This document shows, in pieces, positions 8,847 through 16,108 of a stretch of DNA of 32,000 bases. The notes below the pieces were generated by a model that worked only from the letters and a program-made list of their open reading frames with translations, had not been told where the DNA came from and did not search any database. Each line of letters opens with the position of its first letter. Position 1 is the stretch's first letter. A program made the position numbers and the translations under genes. The DNA lies in assembly GCA_028279805.1 (NCBI GenBank), contig JANQMZ010000007.1:390001-422000 (forward strand), read 5' to 3'. The stretch is from an archaeon. GTDB taxonomy: Archaea; Iainarchaeota; Iainarchaeia; Iainarchaeales; JANQMZ01.

Positions 8847-8921
8847 GCCGCAGTAGCTCAGCCTGGTTAGAGCGCTAGACTCATAATCTAGAGGTCGTGG
8901 GTTCAGATCCCACCTGCGGCA
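8847..8921 (+). tRNA. tRNA with CAT anticodon (elongator Met, or Ile2 if C34 is modified)
   Basis: 75-nt cloverleaf: acceptor GCCGCAG/CTGCGGC, D arm GCTC-AGCCTGGTTA-GAGC, anticodon arm CTAGA-CTCATAA-TCTAG, T arm GTGGG-TTCAGAT-CCCAC. It lacks the three G-C pairs of an initiator anticodon stem. Confidence 0.9.
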
Positions 8922-9106
8922 CTAATTTTAAAAAAAAAGAAATCAATCTCAGAACTCATAATCGTCTTCATTTTCTATTGAATCAGCGCTCAGCCTGTTC
9001 TTCATAGATTGATTTTAATACATACGCAAATAAAATTAATATATTTGCCCTTTCATCGGAAAACCGCTTTGAAAATTCTTATTTAAAAATAAAACCAAAT
9101 AATAAC

Positions 9107-9799
9107 ATGTATGCTAGGGGAAAAAATGGTTGGTTTTCAATTAAAACAGCAAACAATCTTATAGAAAAACCAACTGAAGAATTAGCCGAATTTATTGGAA
9201 TTATGCTTGGCGATGGAAACATTCACGAAATAGATGGCAAAGGAATTTACCAAGTAAGGATAGCAGGACATAAAATTGATGATGCAGCATATTTTGATTA
9301 TTTAGAAAAATTGTTTATCAATCTTTTTGGAAAAAAACCTTCTTTTTATAAGTCAAAAAATAGAAAAACAATCTATCTTACGAAACAAAGCAAAGATGTT
9401 GTACACACTCTAAAACATTTTGGATTAATTCCAGGAAATAAAACAAAAAACAATTGTGGAATCCCAAGTTGGATTTTTTCCAATAATAAATTTTTGAAAG
9501 CTTGTGTAAAAGGACTTATAGATACTGACGGAAGTGTTTATCCCAAAACAAAAAAACACAAAACGCCTACAATTTACTTTACAAGCGCAATTCCAGAACT
9601 AAGACAAGATTTTAAAAAAGCTCTTCAGAACTTAAATTATAAATGCTCAAAATGGGTTAAAAAATCAGGAAAGGCAGCACAAGATTGTACAATTGGAGAT
9701 AGAGCAGAAGTTTTGAGGTACTACAGAGAAATAGGTTTTTCAAATCCAAAACATGAAAAAAGATTCAAAAAATTTTGGAAACTCGCCCTTGTAGTGTAG
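9107..9799 (+). CDS. Free-standing double-motif LAGLIDADG homing endonuclease
   Basis: Two LAGLIDADG motifs, FIGIMLGDGNIH and KGLIDTDGSVYP, about 105 residues apart in a basic 230-aa protein. The last 15 nt overlap tRNA-Glu. Confidence 0.85.
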   Translation: MYARGKNGWFSIKTANNLIEKPTEELAEFIGIMLGDGNIHEIDGKGIYQVRIAGHKIDDAAYFDYLEKLFINLFGKKPSFYKSKNRKTIYLTKQSKDVVHTLKHFGLIPGNKTKNNCGIPSWIFSNNKFLKACVKGLIDTDGSVYPKTKKHKTPTIYFTSAIPELRQDFKKALQNLNYKCSKWVKKSGKAAQDCTIGDRAEVLRYYREIGFSNPKHEKRFKKFWKLALVV

Positions 9800-9859
9800 C
9801 CTGGTCAAGCACACAGGGTTCTCAACCCTGTAACCCGGGTTCAAATCCCGGCAAGGGCA
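9785..9859 (+). tRNA. tRNA-Glu (anticodon CTC)
   Basis: 75-nt cloverleaf: acceptor GCCCTTG/CAAGGGC, D arm GTGT-AGCCTGGTCAA-GCAC, anticodon arm CAGGG-TTCTCAA-CCCTG, T arm CCGGG-TTCAAAT-CCCGG. Confidence 0.9.
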
Positions 9860-9870
9860 TTGGTGATAAA

Positions 9871-10182
9871 ATGAAAGAATTGCAGGAAAAAATCAAACAG
9901 TTTTGCAAAGAACATGGATTGGAACATAAAGCAGAACACCATGCATTGGATTTGGCTTCAGAAACTGGTGAAATTGCAAAAGAAATACTGAAAATGAGTG
10001 ACTATGGCAGAAAAAAACTGGAAAAAAATGAAAACATTGAATCAGAATTAGGCGATGCTTTATATTCTTTGATTACAATTGCAAATTATTTTGATGTTAA
10101 TCTTGAAAAAGCTTTGGAACTGGTTTTGGAAAAATATGAAAAAAGACTAAAAAAAGGTTCAGCAGGCTCTGAAAACGATTAA
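9871..10182 (+). CDS. MazG-like nucleotide pyrophosphohydrolase (small all-alpha NTP-PPase)
   Basis: The track ORF 9775-10182 is trimmed to ATG 9871 (GGTGA at 9862-9866), because the upstream part is tRNA-Glu. Motifs ETGEIAKEILK and ELGDALYSLITIANYFDVNLEKAL match the MazG EExxE/D pattern. Confidence 0.72.
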   Translation: MKELQEKIKQFCKEHGLEHKAEHHALDLASETGEIAKEILKMSDYGRKKLEKNENIESELGDALYSLITIANYFDVNLEKALELVLEKYEKRLKKGSAGSEND

Positions 10183-10187
10183 AAAGC

Positions 10188-10195
10188 TATTTAAA
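10188..10195 (+). promoter_or_regulatory. TATA box (TATTTAAA) driving the hairpin module plus tRNA-Thr(UGU) transcript
   Basis: The box is centred about 26 nt upstream of 10218-10220, the first bases of the GC-rich module. Confidence 0.5.
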
Positions 10196-10219
10196 CAATT
10201 ACAAAAACAATTAATAGAA

Positions 10220-10325
10220 ACGCGGTGTTCCGCGTGAGAACATCCGCCTTCGGCAGGATGTCCGAAGCAAAGCTTCGGAAGTGCCACTGAAAGTGGCACG
10301 CGGAGTAACCGTACGCAATCGGTTC
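10220..10325 (+). ncRNA. GC-rich multi-hairpin module, copy 2 (apparent 5' leader of tRNA-Thr-UGU)
   Basis: Hairpins: ACGCGG/CCGCGT 10220-10235, ATCCGCC/GGC(A)GGAT 10242-10259, TCCGAAGC/GCTTCGGA 10261-10279, GTGCCACT/AGTGGCAC 10281-10299, AACCG/CGGTT 10307-10324. Alternative closing helix: CCGCGTG 10230-10236 with CACGCGG 10297-10303. Confidence 0.55.
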
Positions 10326-10398
10326 GCCTCGGTAGCTCAGTGGCTAGAGCACTTGCCTTGTAAGCAGGGGGTCGCGAGTTCGAATCTCGCTCGAGGCT
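10326..10398 (+). tRNA. tRNA-Thr (anticodon TGT)
   Basis: 73-nt cloverleaf: acceptor GCCTCGG/TCGAGGC (identical to the GGT isoacceptor), anticodon arm CTTGC-CTTGTAA-GCAGG, T arm GCGAG-TTCGAAT-CTCGC. A T-run follows. Confidence 0.9.
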
Positions 10399-10451
10399 TT
10401 TTTATCAAAAAAGTTTTAAAGGAAAAAAAGAATTAAGTTAAAGGTGATTTA

Positions 10452-10901
10452 ATGGACGGAGTAATTCAGTTTATTGCAAATTATGCGGGTTGGACATCGG
10501 TTAAAAAATTAAAAGTTACAAATGAAACTGATCCAAGAACTATTATGGAATTCTTGGCAAGTTTGGGAACAGGAATTGATAACAAGGTTGAAGAAAATTT
10601 AAGAAAACTGGTTGATTTGGATTCTCTTGATAAAATTGTTGAAGAAGAAACTGAAAAGTTGGGAAAGAACAAGGATTCTGTTAATGAAGCTGTTTTGATT
10701 ATTAAAAGTGCAAAGGTTCGCAAACAAATTAAGGAAATTTGTGAATTGGAAGAATTGCAGAAAAATGAAAAAAAAGAACTGGAAGGATTTTGCACTGTTT
10801 ATATTACCAGAAGAATTTTGAAAGAAGTTGGTTTGCAGCCTGATTATTCTCAGATTGAAATTCCGGGAATGAAAAGATTAATGAGAAAAAAACCAAAGTA
10901 G
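10452..10901 (+). CDS. Hypothetical protein (149 aa, charged, helical)
   Basis: AGGTGA at 10442-10447 precedes the ATG. I recognise no motif. Confidence 0.5.
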   Translation: MDGVIQFIANYAGWTSVKKLKVTNETDPRTIMEFLASLGTGIDNKVEENLRKLVDLDSLDKIVEEETEKLGKNKDSVNEAVLIIKSAKVRKQIKEICELEELQKNEKKELEGFCTVYITRRILKEVGLQPDYSQIEIPGMKRLMRKKPK

Positions 10902-10909
10902 TTGTTTAA

Positions 10910-11785
10910 ATGTTTGAATTGGTTCAGGGATTTGATGAAGCATTCCTTTTGTTAATTCAAAGCATTTCATTTGAACCATTCATTACACTTTTTTATATTC
11001 TGACTCAATTTGGCAGTCCGTTGTTATGGTTTGGCGTGGCCACATATGTTTACTGGACCGGCCGAGAAAGAGAGGGATTTCATTTAATGAATTTGGTTTT
11101 GTTAACAGTCGGAATTTCAGGTTTTTTTAAAACAATTTTTGACAGGCCAAGGCCTGATGAAGCAAAATTTTTTGTAAGACAAAGTTTAAGTGAGAGTGTG
11201 TTTGGAAATCAAAAAATTACCAATGCAGGTTTTCCAAGCTCTCATGCAGCAATGGCGGGAGGAGCTGTAGGTTATTATTGGAATATTGTTAAACAAAATC
11301 AAAAAACTTTGCTTGTTTTATTGGCTTTAATTATTCCTTTATCCAGAATGGTTTTGGGCCAGCATTTTTTTACAGATGTTTTGGTCGGATTGTTTTTGGG
11401 AATATTTTTGGGAAAAATTATTTACTGGAGTAAAAACAAACTGGAAAAATACAGTTTTGAACCAACTTTAACAAGGGAAATTGAAATTGGTTTGGCTGTA
11501 ATTGCTTTCGGAGCAGCAATGCTTTGGAGCGATTTTCCACCAATTTTTGGAGCTTTAATGGGTTTTTATGCTGGTTTTTTTTCATTAAAAAAAGCTTATC
11601 CTCTGGAATACAAAGGCAGGAGCCTGAAAAAAGAAGCTTTTGGTTTTCTGGTTTTGTTTGCAATTTTATGGTTTTCAATTGTCAGTGAAGGCATTGTTTC
11701 TTTGATTAGTTTTTTTGTTCTGGGTTTATGGGTTTCTTTTATTTACCCTTGGCTTCATCACAAGTTTGCCGAACCGGTTATTTAG
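10910..11785 (+). CDS. PAP2-family membrane phosphatase (polyprenyl-diphosphate / lipid phosphate phosphatase-like)
   Basis: The three PAP2 motifs are present: KTIFDRPRP, PSSHA, SRMVLGQHFFTDV. The protein has multiple TM helices. Confidence 0.85.
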   Translation: MFELVQGFDEAFLLLIQSISFEPFITLFYILTQFGSPLLWFGVATYVYWTGREREGFHLMNLVLLTVGISGFFKTIFDRPRPDEAKFFVRQSLSESVFGNQKITNAGFPSSHAAMAGGAVGYYWNIVKQNQKTLLVLLALIIPLSRMVLGQHFFTDVLVGLFLGIFLGKIIYWSKNKLEKYSFEPTLTREIEIGLAVIAFGAAMLWSDFPPIFGALMGFYAGFFSLKKAYPLEYKGRSLKKEAFGFLVLFAILWFSIVSEGIVSLISFFVLGLWVSFIYPWLHHKFAEPVI

Positions 11786-12662
11786 TTAAAGAATTTGAAA
11801 CAATTTGTTCAATGTTTTTTCCAAGATAAGAATTGTCTTCAATAATATAATCAGCTAATTTTAATGTTTGGGAAATTTTTTGATTGGTTCTTTTTTGTTT
11901 TACTTTTATTAAAATTGTTCTCATTCTTTTAGCCAAATCAATATCAGAATAACCGTCTGTTATCAGTAAAGATTTTTTAAAATCAAACGGAATTTTTTTT
12001 CTGAAAGACAGCATTTCCAGTAATTCTGCTTTTGTTCTGACAGGAATTCCCTGAAATTGCCCTGTTTTCATTGCAACAATTTGTTTTAAACCGGTTAAGG
12101 ATTGTTTTTTGTCAAACTTTAATTTGCTTCCTATAACAAAATCAAATTCCAGGCCAAATTCTTTTTTTAAATAATTGTTTAACAATTCGCCAAATTCTAA
12201 TGATGCCTGTGTTGCCAAAACCAGTTTTGTGTTAAAAGTTTGTTTTAAAAATTTTAAAGATTCAATCAAATCAATTCTTAAACCTGGAATAATCAATTCT
12301 AAAACTTTGTTTAAATCTTTTTTTGAAAAATTTCTGCTTATTAAAAAAGCGTTTCCCCAGACAATTGCGCTTTCAACCGAATTTTTACCCGAAGCAATGC
12401 TTTCAAGAATCACATCATATAACAATTCTCCTAAAACAGTTTTCCCGGTTTTTTCAGGATATTTTAATTTTAAAGCTTCTAATGAAACATCTCCTGAAAA
12501 TAATGTTCCGTCCATGTCAACAACAATTAAATCAATTGGCTGTTTTTGAAATTTTTTTCTGACAGTTTTTTTTTTAATATTAAAAACAACTGAATCTTTT
12601 ACAATGCCTCCGACCAAACGGGCTTTTTTTGCTTTTGCTTTAATTGTTTCCTTTAATGCCAT
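11778..12662 (-). CDS. HAD-superfamily hydrolase (SerB-like subfamily IB)
   Basis: Motif I VVDMDGTLF and a motif IV-like ITDGYSDIDLAKRM, with a basic N-terminal extension. Confidence 0.72.
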   Translation of the reverse strand: MALKETIKAKAKKARLVGGIVKDSVVFNIKKKTVRKKFQKQPIDLIVVDMDGTLFSGDVSLEALKLKYPEKTGKTVLGELLYDVILESIASGKNSVESAIVWGNAFLISRNFSKKDLNKVLELIIPGLRIDLIESLKFLKQTFNTKLVLATQASLEFGELLNNYLKKEFGLEFDFVIGSKLKFDKKQSLTGLKQIVAMKTGQFQGIPVRTKAELLEMLSFRKKIPFDFKKSLLITDGYSDIDLAKRMRTILIKVKQKRTNQKISQTLKLADYIIEDNSYLGKNIEQIVSNSLTK

Positions 12663-12686
12663 AAGTCACACCAAGATTAAAAAAAT

Positions 12687-14321
12687 TTAAGAATAAGCCC
12701 AGCGTTTTTCACTTTGTTTTTTTTGTTTAGGGCTAACACCATGTTCCGTTTTTTCCCAGTAATGCGGGTTAAAAAACAATTGATAAGCAGCTTTAAGAGT
12801 TGCCAAAGCCATTAAAAGCCAGTAAACAGGAATAAGCAAAGACCATTTTGCAACGCCTTTTTTGTCTTTAACAAAAGGACCCCAGACATGCAGCAAAACA
12901 AACAAGGAATTTCCAACAATTAAGGAAATCCAGCCCAAGGTTAATAATGGTTCGGGAAACATTTGCGCAATCACGCCTGACCGGGTTAAAAGCCATGTTA
13001 TGGCCATTGCCCAGAAAATCAGGTTTAAAATATGGGTTATGGGTGTTCCGCCAATGATGAAAATAAATGTAAACAAGCCTCGCCAGGAATAATCCCGGAT
13101 TGTTTGAATCGGGTGCCTGAAATGAACCAAAAAAGTTTGCATGAACCCTTTAACCCATCTTGACCTTTGGTTAATCCAGCTGCTTAAAACACTATTACTT
13201 TCTTCCAAGGTAATAGAATCAAACATTCCGACTCCGTATTTGTTGCCCTGTGTTTTTGTTGAAATGCTTTCCTCCCAAGTGGTTGATTCCATAACAGCAA
13301 TATTATAACCCAATCTGGATAAACGCATTCCCAGATCAGCATCCTCTGTAACATTATAAGGATCCCAGCCTCCTACTTCCCTCAAAACACTTGTTCTAAA
13401 ATGATTAGATGTTCCGCCCAAAGGAATTGGCAAATTTAAAACATGCAAACCGGGCAAAACATATTCAAACCAAACAGTGTATTCAGCTGTAAACCATTTG
13501 CTTAACAAATTTTCATGCGGATTATAAAAATTTAATTTTGCCTGCAAAGTAACAGTGTTTTCACCCAACTGGTTAAACAGCCAGACAGCTTTCTTTAACT
13601 GATTCGGTTCAGGAATGTCCTCGGCATCATATATTGCCAAAAAATCTCCTTTTGCTTTCATTAAGCCAACATTTAACGCTTTTGGTTTTGTTTTAGGATG
13701 AGAATCAGGCAAAACAATAACATCATATTCCGGTCCCATCAAATCTTTTACATTTTCAACAGCCTGAATTGTTTCCTTGTCATTTTCTTCCAACAACAAT
13801 TTAATATCCAGTTTTTTTCGAGGATATTCCAACCTGTTTAAAGCTTTAATTAAAGTTTTCATAACCCCCGATTCTTTGTAAGCTGCAACCATTACCGTGT
13901 AAATGGGCAAATCTTTGTCTTCCATTGCAACCAAATCAGCTTCAGTCGGATTTGGAACACCTTTTCTTACAGATAAATAAAAAACTAATGCTTTGAAAAA
14001 AATTGTTAAAAAATAGAACGCCATTGCAAAAACAACAAACAAAACACCAAAACTTAAACCTGTTAAAATTTTTACACTAAATAAAGCCAAAGCCAAAACA
14101 AGCAAAAAGAAAACAGCTAATTCTTTTGTTTCCCTGTGAAAAGTTTTTTTTGCACTAATTTTATCATGAATAAACAAATAGTCGCCTTGATGATTCAAAT
14201 CATATTTTGTCAAATAATGCTCATGAGTTTTGGTAAAATGCAAACTATTCTGAATTTTTTTTTTAAAACTTTTACGGGTTTCTTTTGCTTTTTTCTTAAA
14301 AACTGCAAGCATTCCAATCAC
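12687..14321 (-). CDS. Membrane-embedded processive family-2 glycosyltransferase (cellulose/chitin/PNAG-synthase-like)
   Basis: N-terminal TM helices, then a GT2 core with MVAAYKE, YDAEDIP, and QRSRWVKG (QxxRW), followed by C-terminal TM helices. Confidence 0.85.
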   Translation of the reverse strand: MIGMLAVFKKKAKETRKSFKKKIQNSLHFTKTHEHYLTKYDLNHQGDYLFIHDKISAKKTFHRETKELAVFFLLVLALALFSVKILTGLSFGVLFVVFAMAFYFLTIFFKALVFYLSVRKGVPNPTEADLVAMEDKDLPIYTVMVAAYKESGVMKTLIKALNRLEYPRKKLDIKLLLEENDKETIQAVENVKDLMGPEYDVIVLPDSHPKTKPKALNVGLMKAKGDFLAIYDAEDIPEPNQLKKAVWLFNQLGENTVTLQAKLNFYNPHENLLSKWFTAEYTVWFEYVLPGLHVLNLPIPLGGTSNHFRTSVLREVGGWDPYNVTEDADLGMRLSRLGYNIAVMESTTWEESISTKTQGNKYGVGMFDSITLEESNSVLSSWINQRSRWVKGFMQTFLVHFRHPIQTIRDYSWRGLFTFIFIIGGTPITHILNLIFWAMAITWLLTRSGVIAQMFPEPLLTLGWISLIVGNSLFVLLHVWGPFVKDKKGVAKWSLLIPVYWLLMALATLKAAYQLFFNPHYWEKTEHGVSPKQKKQSEKRWAYS

Positions 14322-14388
14322 AAAAAAATAGAATTAGTACCAATTTGTGAAAATAAAGGTTTAAAAGGCTTAAAATTGAATAAAAAGC

Positions 14389-14396
14389 TTTAAAAA
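14389..14396 (+). promoter_or_regulatory. TATA box (TTTAAAAA) for tRNA-Tyr
   Basis: Centred about 26 nt upstream of about 14418, which gives a leader of about 7 nt before tRNA position 1 (14426). Confidence 0.45.
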
Positions 14397-14425
14397 CTCG
14401 CTTTGACTCAATTCTAAATCAGAAT

Positions 14426-14608
14426 CCCGCCTTAGCATAGTAGCCAATGCGCTCGGCTGTAGACTCCCGCCTGACCGCGGGAAAAGGTCGTGTCACTTTC
14501 GGTGACACTGGCGCTCTTTGAAGCGCAAAACCGGTTAAATCCGTTTTAGGATTGAAACAGCGCATGGCAGTAACCGAGAGATCCCCGGTGCAAGTCCGGG
14601 AGGCGGGA
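14426..14608 (+). tRNA. tRNA-Tyr (anticodon GTA) interrupted by a 110-nt intron at the canonical 37/38 site
   Basis: Exon 1 is 14426-14462: CCCGCCT-TA-GCAT-AGTAGCCA-ATGC-G-CTCGG-CTGTAG. Exon 2 is 14573-14608: A-CCGAG-AGATC-CCCGG-TGCAAGT-CCGGG-AGGCGGG-A. CTGT (32-35) can pair with GCAG 14567-14570, leaving 3-nt bulges AG|A and TA|A, as expected for a bulge-helix-bulge (BHB) site. Confidence 0.85.
14463..14572 (+). ncRNA. tRNA-Tyr intron = GC-rich multi-hairpin module, copy 3
   Basis: Hairpins: TCCCGC/GCGGGA 14465-14482, GTGTCAC/GTGACAC 14490-14508, GCGCT/AGCGC 14511-14526. It shares strings with copies 1 and 2. Confidence 0.8.
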
Positions 14609-14681
14609 CTTAGCCTATTATTTGGAGATGGCGATACATTTAAATAAACGACCGACTAATCAGTCTATTGGTGATACTGAA

Positions 14682-15494
14682 ATGGAACAAAAAGTTATTT
14701 TAATTACAGGAGCCAGTTCCGGAATGGGGAAGGTTACTGCTATAAATCTAATCAAGGAGGGGCATATTGTTTATGGAGCTTCTTTTGATCCGGAAAACAT
14801 GAAAGACCTTGAAAAATTGGGAGGAAAAATTCTGGACATGGATGTTACAAAAGATGAACAAATTGAAGCAGGCGTTAAAGAAGTGATTGATAATGAGGGT
14901 AGGATTGATGTTCTTTGGAACAATGCAGGTTATGGTTTATATGGTCCGGTTGAAGAAATTCCTTTAGAGCAAGGGAGGCATCAGTTTGATGTGAATTTTT
15001 TCGGGCTTGTAAAACTGACACAGGTTGTAACGCCGCACATGAGAAAACAAAATTCAGGATTGATTATTAATACTTCTTCAATGGGTGGCAAAGTTTACTT
15101 TCCGTTAGGCGCATGGTATCATGCAACAAAACATGCAGTTGAAGGTTTTTCAGATTGTTTAAGATTAGAATTAGAACCTTTTGGAATAAATGTTGTTGTA
15201 TTGGAACCAGGAGCAATTGAAACAGGATTCTATAATGCTCTGCTGAAAAATGTTTCAGATGAATGGTTAAAAGGACCATACGGAAAAAGAGTTGAACGAA
15301 TGAAGAATTTTGATACTAGTTCAATGAAAGGTTCTCCTCCAAGTGTTATTTCTGAAACTGTGCAAAAAATTATTTCAACTGACAAACCAAAAACAAGGTA
15401 TGTTGTTGGAGCAATGGCTCGGCCAATGATGTTCATGAGAAAATGGTTTGGAGACAGGTTTTATGATGGAATGATAAAAAGAAACTTTGGATAA
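14682..15494 (+). CDS. Short-chain dehydrogenase/reductase (classical SDR)
   Basis: TGASSGMG cofactor motif, NNAG, and catalytic YHATKHAV. I prefer ATG 14682 over the track's 14622, because a TATA-like ATTTAAAT at about 14637-14645 lies inside the longer ORF. Confidence 0.9.
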   Translation: MEQKVILITGASSGMGKVTAINLIKEGHIVYGASFDPENMKDLEKLGGKILDMDVTKDEQIEAGVKEVIDNEGRIDVLWNNAGYGLYGPVEEIPLEQGRHQFDVNFFGLVKLTQVVTPHMRKQNSGLIINTSSMGGKVYFPLGAWYHATKHAVEGFSDCLRLELEPFGINVVVLEPGAIETGFYNALLKNVSDEWLKGPYGKRVERMKNFDTSSMKGSPPSVISETVQKIISTDKPKTRYVVGAMARPMMFMRKWFGDRFYDGMIKRNFG

Positions 15495-15540
15495 CAAAGC
15501 TCTTTTATTTCATTAAACATTATTAAAATAATGGATTTTC

Positions 15541-16095
15541 ATGGATAAAAAAGAACAAATTATCAAAACTGGCATGAAGCTTTTTGTCAAACAGGGATTT
15601 GAGAATACTCCCACTTCCCAAATTTCAAAAGAAGCCAAAGTTGGAACTGGTACATTATTTCATCACTTTAAAACAAAAGATGATTTGGTAAATGAAATTT
15701 ACACTTATGTCAAGAAAAGCATGGCAAATGCTTCCTTTAAGAATGTAAATGAAAAAATGGGAATAAAAGACCAAATTAAGTTAATTTGGAATAATTTGAT
15801 GGAGTGGGGATTTAAAAACAGAAATGAAAACCAGTTTCTTGAAAGGTTTTATGGTTCAACATATATTAACAAATTAACTATTGAACAAATGCAATCAGAG
15901 TTTAAATATGCAGGAAAGCTTTTTGAAAATGCTAAAAAAAACAATATAATTAGGGATATTTCACCTGAACTGCTTGAAAGCATTACATTTGCAATAAACA
16001 GAAGCTTTTTAGCAGAATTCTATAAAAAGAAAAAATTTGACAAAAAGCTGTTAAAGCAAAGCTTTGAAATGTACTGGAATGCAATTAAGAAATAA
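15541..16095 (+). CDS. TetR/AcrR-family transcriptional regulator
   Basis: N-terminal HTH (TPTSQISKEAKVGTGTLFHHFKTKDDL), 184 aa. Confidence 0.85.
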   Translation: MDKKEQIIKTGMKLFVKQGFENTPTSQISKEAKVGTGTLFHHFKTKDDLVNEIYTYVKKSMANASFKNVNEKMGIKDQIKLIWNNLMEWGFKNRNENQFLERFYGSTYINKLTIEQMQSEFKYAGKLFENAKKNNIIRDISPELLESITFAINRSFLAEFYKKKKFDKKLLKQSFEMYWNAIKK

Positions 16096-16108
16096 TTGGA
16101 ATGATTTT

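Noticed and set aside
9775-9870. N-terminal 32 codons of track ORF 9775-10182
   Set aside because: This part is tRNA-Glu read as protein. The MazG-like domain starts at ATG 9871, which has its own GGTGA.
14463-14572. C/D-box sRNA inside the tRNA-Tyr intron or the two flanking modules (CTGA strings at 2787, 10287, 14472)
   Set aside because: No RUGAUGA C box exists at an appropriate distance. The nearest candidate, AGATGAA at 2756, is imperfect and wrongly spaced. The CTGA strings sit in hairpin loops or stems rather than in a terminal kink-turn arrangement.
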